A stretch of 64,000 bases of DNA from an uncultured delta proteobacterium (GTDB lineage Bacteria > Desulfobacterota > Syntrophorhabdia > Syntrophorhabdales > WCHB1-27). Position 1 is the stretch's first letter. Every line of letters starts with the position of its first letter. Position numbers and translations under genes: made by a program. The notes beneath the pieces were generated by a model. That model was not told the origin of the DNA. It saw only the letters and a list, made by a program, of their open reading frames with translations, and ran no database searches. Of the stretch, positions 37,130-44,968 are shown one piece after another. Location: assembly GCA_963717985.1 (NCBI GenBank), contig CAVQYC010000007.1, forward strand, positions 101,033-165,032, read 5' to 3'.

Positions 37130-38620
37130 ATGGACTATAAGTGGAAACCGATTGCTCCATTGTCAGTAAAAGAGAGACAGATTGATGTTTCAGACGTGGA
37201 TTCTCTTAAGGGAAGCTGGCTTGACTTCCGCGATAGGCTTGGTGCATCCAGCCCGCAGAATCTGGTGGAGTTCAATGAGAGGCTGGCACGGAAGTGGAGC
37301 ATTGAAACAGGTATGCTTGAGAGAATCTACGATATCGATAGAGGAACCACTATAGTACTTATCGAGCGTGGTTTTTTTGCCGGTTTGGTGGAACGTTCGG
37401 GCACAGATAAGGATCCGGAACAGTTGATCGAAGTGCTACGGGATCATAAAGTAGCCGCGGATTTACTGCAGGATTGTGTAGCCAATTCGAGACCTCTTAC
37501 ACCCGGCCTCATCCACGAGCTTCACTCGATCCTTACAAAACACCAACAGTTTGTTGAAGCAGTTGACCAATTTGGCACCCGCGTGCTCTTGAAGCCTGAA
37601 CGCGGGGCGTTCAAGGATCAACCAAACAATCCGACTAGGCCGGACGGATCGCTGCACGAATACTGTCCTCCAATTCATGTCGCGTCGGAAATGGATAACC
37701 TCGTCAAGTGGTACAATGAATACTCAGGCGTGAACCCTCTCATTCTATCGGCTTGGTGGCACCACCGTTTCACACAAATACATCCTTACCAGGACGGAAA
37801 CGGGCGGGTTGCGAGAGCCACAACTAATCTGGTGTTGGTGAAAGGGGGATTCTTTCCAGTGGTAGTCACTAGGGATCAACGAGGGCCTTACATCGGCGCC
37901 CTTGAAAAAGCCGACGTGGGCGACCTTGAACCTCTCGTTAGACTGTTTGCTGCAATTGAAAAGACGACAATACTTGAGGCGCTCAGCATAGGACCCGACA
38001 TCGAACCGTCAAAAGCGGTCCTTGAAGGGGTGGCAGAAGCCATTGCATCGAAACTCAAGCGGCGCAGAGAAGACTCCGAGTTGAGACTTCGTCGCGTCAA
38101 TGACGTTGCAGCGATTCTTCAAAACGCGGCAGGCAAACACATACGCAAATTGGCGCAGGACGTCGCAGACCGGATTAATCAGGCATCCGACTTGGGGACA
38201 TCAATCCAGGTATTACTTGGTGGACCCGAGATGCCGTTTAACGACAAGCCGACAGAACACTGGTATCGTTTTCAGGTGGTTCAGAGTGCCCAAGCGGCCA
38301 GACGAAGAATCAATTTCAAAGAGCACCATTATTTTGTCCGGACCCGATTGTCATCGCTATCGACGCCATGGCTCACATTCATAGTATCGTTCCACCATAT
38401 CGGCGAGGAATTGTCAGGGGTGATGGAGGCCACAACATTTAGCGAAATTAGTTTTCCGCCAACAGAACAGGAGTCCCCGAGGACAGATCACGTGAACTGC
38501 ATGGAAGAGCCATTTACTTTCACAAACAATGACGATCCTGATCGGCTGAAGCGGGAGCTGCTGAATTGGATTGGAGATTGTTTTGCAGTTGCTGTGAAGA
38601 GATGGGGAGATGTAGTGTAG
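37130..38620 (+). CDS. Fic-domain protein with uncharacterised C-terminal half
   Basis: Fic active-site motif HPYQDGNGRVAR (HxFx(D/E)GNGRxxR with Y for F). Fic_N-like N-terminus. GGGGAGGG RBS before the ATG at 37130. Confidence 0.85.
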   Translation: MDYKWKPIAPLSVKERQIDVSDVDSLKGSWLDFRDRLGASSPQNLVEFNERLARKWSIETGMLERIYDIDRGTTIVLIERGFFAGLVERSGTDKDPEQLIEVLRDHKVAADLLQDCVANSRPLTPGLIHELHSILTKHQQFVEAVDQFGTRVLLKPERGAFKDQPNNPTRPDGSLHEYCPPIHVASEMDNLVKWYNEYSGVNPLILSAWWHHRFTQIHPYQDGNGRVARATTNLVLVKGGFFPVVVTRDQRGPYIGALEKADVGDLEPLVRLFAAIEKTTILEALSIGPDIEPSKAVLEGVAEAIASKLKRRREDSELRLRRVNDVAAILQNAAGKHIRKLAQDVADRINQASDLGTSIQVLLGGPEMPFNDKPTEHWYRFQVVQSAQAARRRINFKEHHYFVRTRLSSLSTPWLTFIVSFHHIGEELSGVMEATTFSEISFPPTEQESPRTDHVNCMEEPFTFTNNDDPDRLKRELLNWIGDCFAVAVKRWGDVV

Positions 38621-38744
38621 CAATGAACGAGCCGGCCGTAAGGCGGAGCATATACCCACATGATGTCTCCGGCGCTCGCTATATGACTATTGTTTGTAAT
38701 TGAATGGTCTTAGGAAACAAATCCGTGAGAAAAGGGGCAAGACC

Positions 38745-38894
38745 ATGAGAAAGGTTACCGTGAAATGCAACCAGTGCGGCTATGAGGAGAGGATCGAGCT
38801 CTTTTCCCGGGAGGAGGCAGAGAAAGAAAGGATCAGCATTGTGCCGCCACGGTGTTCCAAGTGCGGCAGTCCAAACGTGAGTATCCATGAGTAG
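38745..38894 (+). CDS. small zinc-ribbon protein (49 aa)
   Basis: Two CxxC pairs (CNQCG ... CSKCG). The ATG at 38745 follows AAAAGGGG. The 3' end overlaps the next ATG by 8 nt, indicating translational coupling. Confidence 0.5.
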   Translation: MRKVTVKCNQCGYEERIELFSREEAEKERISIVPPRCSKCGSPNVSIHE

Positions 38895-39318
38895 CCTAAG
38901 CCCGATAAGGCCCCGCGTGTTTATTAGCTCCGTAATGGAAAATTTCAAAACCTATCGCGAGACGGCGCGGAAGGGCATAATTAGTGGGGGTGGGGAGCCG
39001 GTTCTGGCAGAAGATTTCCCTTCGTTGCCTGTGACGCCAAGGACAGCGTGCCTTGATGCGGTGGCGAGTTGTGACATCTACCTGGTTATTGTTGGGCAGC
39101 GCGGAGGCTGGATTACTCCCTCGGGAAAGCTTGCGGTAGAAGAAGAATACGAGGAAGCCGTCAAGCGCAAGCTCCGGCTCCTATCGTTCATTGAAGCCGT
39201 TGACCGAGATTTGGAAGCAGAGAACCTGGTGACCAAGCTGTCGGACTATGTCGGGGGGCTGTTTCGCACTACGTTCTCCGGACCTGATCAACTCGGATGG
39301 CTTGTTGAAAAGGCACTA
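38887..39318 (+). pseudogene. DUF4062-domain protein, 5' fragment (interrupted by IS630-family element)
   Basis: VFISSVMENFKTYRE...CDIYLVIVGQRGGW matches the DUF4062 pattern. The reading frame runs into the IS inverted repeat at 39319. Confidence 0.75.
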
Positions 39319-40454
39319 GTGTACTGTCTCAGTAATATATTTACAATAGCCTTTGCTTGTGCTATACTTGGTGCATGTGGAAACCAGCCAATAAGCTCAT
39401 GATGACGGAAGAACAGCAAAGAACATTGGAAGCTTGGATTCGTGCGAAAAAGACGCCTCAAAGAGTAGTCCTCCGTTCCCGTATTTGCCTGCTTGCCGCA
39501 AGGGGTCTCTCGCATAACGCCATCGCTAAGGAATTGGACGCCTCTCGCCCCACGGTTCTGTTGTGGACAAACCGATTTAGAGCGAAAGGCATTTCAGGAT
39601 TGGCTGAAGATGCTCCTCATGGTCCCAGTTCAAGGCAACTCGATCCGAAAAAGGTTGATGCCATCGTGGAAGCTACCCTCCATACAACGCCTGCCGATTC
39701 AACCCACTGGTCGACGAGAACTATGGCAAAGGCTCATGGCGTCAGCCATGCGACCGTGCAACGCATCTGGGACGCCCATGGCTTGCAGCCGCACCGCGTG
39801 GAGACCTTCAAGTTATCCAAAGACAAGCGATTCGTGGAAAAACTGACGGATGTTGTAGGCGTCTATCTGAATCCGCCCGACAAGGCGGTGGTGCTATGCG
39901 TCGATGAAAAGACCCAGGTGCAGGCGCTCGATAGGACGCAACCGGGTCTGCCTATGAAGAAAGGGCGCTGCGGAACAATGACGCACGATTACCGACGCAA
40001 CGGTACTACCTGTCTTTTTGCTGCGATGAACCTGTTGGAAGGAAAAGTTATCGGCTCCTGTTATCCCCGGCACAGGAACACGGAATTCCTAAAGTTTCTC
40101 CGCAAGATCAACCGGGAAGTGCCCCAGAAATTGGCAATTCACTTGATCCTGGATAATTATGGAACGCACGGCCACCCAAATGTGAAAATGTGGCTTGAAA
40201 AGCATCCTCGCTTTGCCCTTCACTTCACACCCACAAGCTCATCCTGGTTGAATCTGGTAGAACGTTGGTTTGGAGAAATCACACGGAAAAGAATCCGTCG
40301 GGGAGTATTCAAAAGCGTGCCGGAACTGGTAGCCGCCATCGAAGAGTACATCCGGCTCTACAACGAGAACCCCAAGCCTTTTGTTTGGACGAAGAAAGCG
40401 GAAGATATCGTCAAGAAGGTGGCCCGTTGTAAAGCCGTTACTGAGACAGTACAC
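39319..40454 (+). mobile_element. IS630-family insertion sequence (1136 bp)
   Basis: Perfect 17-bp terminal inverted repeats GTGTACTGTCTCAGTAA (39319-39335 and the complement of 40438-40454). TA duplication (39317-18 and 40455-56) within a CTAG target. Single DDE transposase ORF. Confidence 0.9.
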
Positions 40455-40457
40455 TAG
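39399..40457 (+). CDS. IS630-family transposase
   Basis: N-terminal HTH regions (LSHNAIAKELDASRPTVLLWTNRF). DDE core (VLCVDEK...LILDNYGTHG...SWLNLVERWF). The stop codon TAG is formed by the target-site TA plus flanking G. Start is ambiguous: 39357 TTG, 39375 or 39399 ATG. Confidence 0.9.
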   Translation: MMTEEQQRTLEAWIRAKKTPQRVVLRSRICLLAARGLSHNAIAKELDASRPTVLLWTNRFRAKGISGLAEDAPHGPSSRQLDPKKVDAIVEATLHTTPADSTHWSTRTMAKAHGVSHATVQRIWDAHGLQPHRVETFKLSKDKRFVEKLTDVVGVYLNPPDKAVVLCVDEKTQVQALDRTQPGLPMKKGRCGTMTHDYRRNGTTCLFAAMNLLEGKVIGSCYPRHRNTEFLKFLRKINREVPQKLAIHLILDNYGTHGHPNVKMWLEKHPRFALHFTPTSSSWLNLVERWFGEITRKRIRRGVFKSVPELVAAIEEYIRLYNENPKPFVWTKKAEDIVKKVARCKAVTETVH

Positions 40458-41173
40458 CGCCAATAGTCAAGGACTATGGAATGGTAGGGGTGACTATGAC
40501 AAGAATAGATGAAAAGTTGAAGGATTCCTTTAGAGTCGGCTATGACACCGTGTTGCGGACTGTGTTCGCACCCGAGAGGGAAGGTCAACTCCTTGACCCC
40601 GTGGATCTGGAGTCGCCGGGACCATTCACTCAGCTAATGGAGATCGCCCACTCTCCGAAGATCGGCCTTTTTTCATACGAGCAGGGCAAGACGAAGGAGA
40701 TTGGTATCAATGAGATCGTGATAACACAAGAAAATCTGCGCGGACATGGGCAGACCACTGATGCCGCCCGGTTGGAACTTTCAAGCAGCGGCGTTCTCGT
40801 AATCGACACAAACGTTACCGGTCGGGTGCAACGCGGCGACGAACACAGCATGTTGAGTTCCATGGTTATTGCGGAAGAGGACGTATATGGAGAGCTACGA
40901 AAAGCCTTCGCTTTTGCGATGGCTTTATTGGAGCAACTCGACCCATACTGCCGCTACGACCGAATGCTATACAACGCGACCTTATCCAATATCGGTCACA
41001 GAAATCTGGAAGCAAATCCTCGGCCCAGACAAAGCTATCAGATGGGCATAAGTGGGGAAGCGGTCGTTCCCGCCTTCGATGCGCCAAGGTTGATTACACG
41101 AGCAGACCTGCGTGTGCCTGGCCGGGAATTTGCGGCCGTAATCACGATGTTTCGCCGCCGGATGAAGCAATAA
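40457..41173 (+). pseudogene. DUF4062-domain protein, 3' fragment (uncharacterised C-terminal domain)
   Basis: After removing the IS and one TA copy, codons continue in frame: ...GWLVEKAL|APIVKDYGMVGVTMTRIDEK... This joins the track ORF 40481..41173. Confidence 0.75.
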
Positions 41174-41508
41174 CAGCGGATCGGTCCGTGTTCAGGTTGC
41201 CGGCCATCCCCCCCTCCAGTTTCTTCTACTGCCGTTTACCACGTAGACAGGATTAGCTGAGGGGATTTCTCGAAGGAGAAGGAATCCGGTGCCCATCCCT
41301 AGAAAACATAGCAGTAGTGAGGGGTCAGGCGCTGGCACCGGACATGGCCACTCTTTGAAGTGGCAATGTTGAACGCACACCCCGGCCACAGACGTGAATG
41401 TTTGCAGGTGAAAGGCGTAAAGGTCACAGCGTATCGAATCCAAGGTGTAAGCTTTTTTACCTCCGGGCCGTCGTCCACCCGACAAGAGAAGAAGAAAGAA
41501 GGAGCCGC

Positions 41509-42393
41509 CTACGCCTCCCTCAACAGCTCCTTCATCCGGGCCGCGTTCGCCGTCGCGCTGCCGCGATGGCAGTTATTGAACATGGCGTACGTCTTTTTCG
41601 CCTGCCTGCCCGCCTCTTTCACGGCGGGCGCAAGCTCACCTAGCTCCGCATCGCTGTAAGAGTACGCATATCTTAACGACGTTGCTATGCCTTTTTTCAG
41701 CCAATTCTCGACATTCCTCCCGTGAAATCTCAAATAGGCGGTGTCGGTGGTGACGAAGGGCAGGAAAGGCACCGTCGCCGAGGTCCCGTACTGCGGCTCG
41801 TCGGCAGCGATGTAGGTGATGGCGTGCGCTCTGAGGAATGAGACAACTTGAGACGCCTTTGCGGGGGAGAGCCAGCTTCCGTGCCGGAATTCGACTGCGA
41901 GGGACAACTCCGCCATCAGCTCCTTGCAGAAGAGCAGATAGTCCATGTTGCTGCTCTTGCAGTCGAACCATGGGGGGAACTGGAAGACTATCACGCCCAG
42001 CTTCCCCGCGCGGGCCAGGGGCATGAGGGTTTCCCTGAACCGCTGCGCAATCAGGCGCAGCACTTCCCGCTCTCTCACGTAGACAGACTTACTCGAAGGG
42101 CCGCCGGCAGCTTCCCTTATATCGGCGGGCAGGGTCCGCAGGTCGATGGCGTGTCCGGTGAGCGCGCCGTAGGCTTTCACATGGAACGTAAAGGCCTCCG
42201 GCGTCCTTGTCCCCCAGAGCCAGACAGTCCGTTGTTCGGGGATCGCGTAGTAGGTGGAATCGACCTCGACCGTATCGAAACAGGACGCATAATACCGGAG
42301 ACGCGCCTCCGCGCTCCTTATCTGCGGGGGATAGAACTCCCCGCTCTCGACGAGCGTCTTTTCCGCCCAGGAGCATACGCCGACCCGCATCAT
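41509..42393 (-). CDS. DUF72 (YecE-like) protein
   Basis: VGVCSWAEKTL...FYP...RLRYYASCFDTVEVDSTYYAIP is the typical DUF72 N-terminus. Confidence 0.9.
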   Translation of the reverse strand: MMRVGVCSWAEKTLVESGEFYPPQIRSAEARLRYYASCFDTVEVDSTYYAIPEQRTVWLWGTRTPEAFTFHVKAYGALTGHAIDLRTLPADIREAAGGPSSKSVYVREREVLRLIAQRFRETLMPLARAGKLGVIVFQFPPWFDCKSSNMDYLLFCKELMAELSLAVEFRHGSWLSPAKASQVVSFLRAHAITYIAADEPQYGTSATVPFLPFVTTDTAYLRFHGRNVENWLKKGIATSLRYAYSYSDAELGELAPAVKEAGRQAKKTYAMFNNCHRGSATANAARMKELLREA

Positions 42394-43796
42394 AAGGGTG
42401 TGCTACGTTCTCCTTCTTTTTCGCAATACTCCCTTATGTACCTGATCCTTTCGAGCACGGGGGGATGGGAGTAATTGAACAGGGCGTAAAGCGGATGGGG
42501 GTAGAGGTTCGAGAGATTATCCTTGGAGAGTTTGACGAGGGCACTGATCATGGCCTCCCCCCTTCCCGCAATTACCGGGGCTAGCGTCGCCCCCTCCACC
42601 GGCAAAGCCGTCGGAGCCTCCCCCTCATAGAAAGGAAGGGGCGCAGATGGTCCTTTCGTGTTCATTTCTGGGCTTTTCATGCAACTTTTGGCAATACCGT
42701 CAAAGTCGCACGAGAAGCGGTCGGCCTCCCTTTCGAGTCTTCGGCTGAAACCGTTCATCACCGGCGCGAAGAGAAAAGAAAGCATACCGCCGAAAAAGCC
42801 GGCGATCACCGCTTGTGCGGGGAAGGAAGCAACGCGGACGGCGAACAGGGTGTCGAGCAGATGACGCGACAGCGCCTGGTGGGCGCAGAAAAAGAAGACC
42901 AGCGAAACAAGTGAGCTCAGGAGGAGCCCCTTGAGGAGATGGCGTCCCTTCCAGTGGCCTATCTCGTGCGCCAGCACCGCGAGGACCTCATCGGGCTTCA
43001 TGGTTTCGAGGAGCGTATCGAAGAGGATGATCCTTTTCGTCCTGCCCATGCCGGTAAAATAGGCGTTTGTGTGCCTGCTCCGCGTCGATTGATCCATGGT
43101 GAGCACCTTCTCCACATTGATGCCTGCCCTCGACGCAAGGGCAACGATGGCTTCCTTCAGCGACCCGTCCTCCACCGGGGTGAATCTATTAAACAGGGGT
43201 TCGATCACGTAGGGTGCGATATAGGTGATGAAAATGGTGAAGGCAAGGAAAAAGCACCATACCAGGAACCACCAGAAACGGGGGCTCGTCTCCACCAGCA
43301 TGAGCCCGCCGAAGATCACCGCCGTGAGAAGCAGCAACGAAAGCATGGTCGCTTTCAGGAAATCCAGGAACCAGACGCGGTATGTCGTGGTGTTGAAGCC
43401 GTGTTTCTGCTCTATGTGGAAAACGGAGTAGAAGGTGAACGGCAGAGTGAGTAGCTCCCAGGCCAGATAAAGGAGGAGAAAAAATAGCCATCCCGAGACG
43501 ACGAAGGAGAGATTCATCGAGGCGATCCACGAGTTATAGATATCGAGGACCCCGCCAAAGAGGAAGACGACGACAGCGATAGTCGACAAGGCGGAGGCAG
43601 CCGTGTCGAAGCGCACGCTTTCGCGCAAATAGACCTGCATCCGGTCGAGGAACTCCCGGCCGAGAAGGGCATTGAACTCAGGCGCCGTCGTGGCCGAGAG
43701 GCGACGCATGTGTCTGAGGTTGAGGTATTCGAGTAAGTACCTGAATGCCTGGAGGCTGAGGTAGATGCACAGGAGAACGACAAGGGCGGTTTTCAT
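42390..43796 (-). CDS. M48 family (Ste24/HtpX-like) zinc metalloprotease with an atypical C-terminal insertion
   Basis: Multi-transmembrane N-domain, HEIGH (LAHEIGHWKGRH), EREADRF and YSHPPVLERI motifs. Start ATG 43796 is preferred over GTG 43808. ATGA overlap with DUF72. Confidence 0.85.
   Translation of the reverse strand: MKTALVVLLCIYLSLQAFRYLLEYLNLRHMRRLSATTAPEFNALLGREFLDRMQVYLRESVRFDTAASALSTIAVVVFLFGGVLDIYNSWIASMNLSFVVSGWLFFLLLYLAWELLTLPFTFYSVFHIEQKHGFNTTTYRVWFLDFLKATMLSLLLLTAVIFGGLMLVETSPRFWWFLVWCFFLAFTIFITYIAPYVIEPLFNRFTPVEDGSLKEAIVALASRAGINVEKVLTMDQSTRSRHTNAYFTGMGRTKRIILFDTLLETMKPDEVLAVLAHEIGHWKGRHLLKGLLLSSLVSLVFFFCAHQALSRHLLDTLFAVRVASFPAQAVIAGFFGGMLSFLFAPVMNGFSRRLEREADRFSCDFDGIAKSCMKSPEMNTKGPSAPLPFYEGEAPTALPVEGATLAPVIAGRGEAMISALVKLSKDNLSNLYPHPLYALFNYSHPPVLERIRYIREYCEKEGERSTPL
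42551..42630. repeat. copy of a ~67-nt GC-hairpin repeat unit, in frame inside the M48 gene
   Basis: GCAATTACCGGGGCTAGCGTCGCCCCCTCC ... GGAGCCTCCCCCTCA aligns with 48984-49045 in the hlyD-tolC spacer. Confidence 0.7.
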
Positions 43797-43851
43797 CGCA
43801 AGGCGCACCTTTTCGCCGAGTATAGCACGGACCTGTATCCTTTATCCAACC

Positions 43852-44964
43852 TTAAGCGAGTCTTTTCTTGAACCGCATCGCGCTGACCGCGAAGATCGCT
43901 ATGCCCAGGAGCAGGAGGGCCAGGACTTGCGGCCAGAGCACGTCCATGCCCACCCCTTTCAGGAATATGCCCCGGACGATCACAAGGAAATAGCGTAAAG
44001 GGGAGAGATAGGTGATGTACTGGAAGCCCAGGGGCATATTCTCTATGGGCGTCGCGAAACCGGAGAGGAGCACGGTGGGCTGAAAGAAGAAAAAGGAGGC
44101 CATCATGGCCTGCTGCTGGGTCTTGCATATGGTCGATATGAAGAGACCTATGCCGAGGATCGGGAACAGGTAGACGCACGTGCAGAGGAAGAGAAAAGGC
44201 AGGGAGCCTTTGATGGGCACATGAAACCAGAGCACTCCGACGGCGGTGACGAGGATCATCTGGCCGAAGCCGACTGCGGCGGAGGGGCTCATTTTTGCAA
44301 GCACCAGCTCCAGGGGGCGGATAGGGGTCACCATGAGCTGTTCGATGGTGCCGATCTCCCGCTCCCGCACGACCGCCATGGAGGTCGTCATAAGGCAGGT
44401 GAGCAGCATGATCAGCGCGATAACGCCGGGCAGCAGGAAGTTGCGGCTCCTCAGGTCCGGGTTGTACCAGACCCTTGTGCGAAAATCGGTCCGCGCGGCG
44501 CTGACTGCCACCGGCACCGCCAGGTCCTGCGAAAATCGGTCGACGATCATGGCGACATGACTCATGGCGATCAGGGCGGAATTGGAGTCGGTGCCGTCCA
44601 CGAGCACCTGAAGGCGCGCAGGGGCGGCATGCTTCTTTATATCTTTCGAGAACCCCCTGTTGATCTGGATTGCCGCGAGTACCTCTCCCTTGTCGAGGAG
44701 ATATCCTATCTCCCCTTCGGAGGCGGGCAGGCTCGTGATAGTGAAATAGCCAGACGATTCCAGCCTCCGGACAAGCTCCCGGCTCTCCTGCGACCTGTCC
44801 AGGTCCAAAAGCGCCGTGGACACGTTATCCACATCGAGGGTGGCCACATAACCGAAAAGGAAGAGCTGGATGAGGGGAGAGATGATGAGGAGGATGGTCC
44901 TTCTCCGCTCCCTGAATGTCTGAATGAACTCCTTGATCGCCAGGTACTTTATTCGCTCGAACAT
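43852..44964 (-). CDS. ABC-2 type transporter permease (YbhR/YbhS-like)
   Basis: N-terminus MFERIKYLAIKEFIQTFRERR, a large periplasmic loop and a C-terminal 5-TM ABC-2 domain. Start set at the ATG at 44964, 4 nt after the upstream stop. Confidence 0.85.
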   Translation of the reverse strand: MFERIKYLAIKEFIQTFRERRRTILLIISPLIQLFLFGYVATLDVDNVSTALLDLDRSQESRELVRRLESSGYFTITSLPASEGEIGYLLDKGEVLAAIQINRGFSKDIKKHAAPARLQVLVDGTDSNSALIAMSHVAMIVDRFSQDLAVPVAVSAARTDFRTRVWYNPDLRSRNFLLPGVIALIMLLTCLMTTSMAVVREREIGTIEQLMVTPIRPLELVLAKMSPSAAVGFGQMILVTAVGVLWFHVPIKGSLPFLFLCTCVYLFPILGIGLFISTICKTQQQAMMASFFFFQPTVLLSGFATPIENMPLGFQYITYLSPLRYFLVIVRGIFLKGVGMDVLWPQVLALLLLGIAIFAVSAMRFKKRLA

Positions 44965-44968
44965 GTCG

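Noticed and set aside
38679-38948. 89-aa minus-strand ORF
   Set aside because: Antisense to the zinc-ribbon ORF and to the start of the DUF4062 gene. The plus-strand pair has RBSs, CxxC motifs and translational coupling.
41192-41485. 97-aa minus-strand ORF (and overlapping plus-strand ORFs) in the gap between the DUF4062 gene and DUF72
   Set aside because: No RBS, no recognisable motif, and overlapping ORFs in several frames. It probably marks non-coding island-boundary DNA. I looked for a direct repeat shared with 26520-26950 and found only a 9-mer (AGTGGCAAT), which is not convincing.
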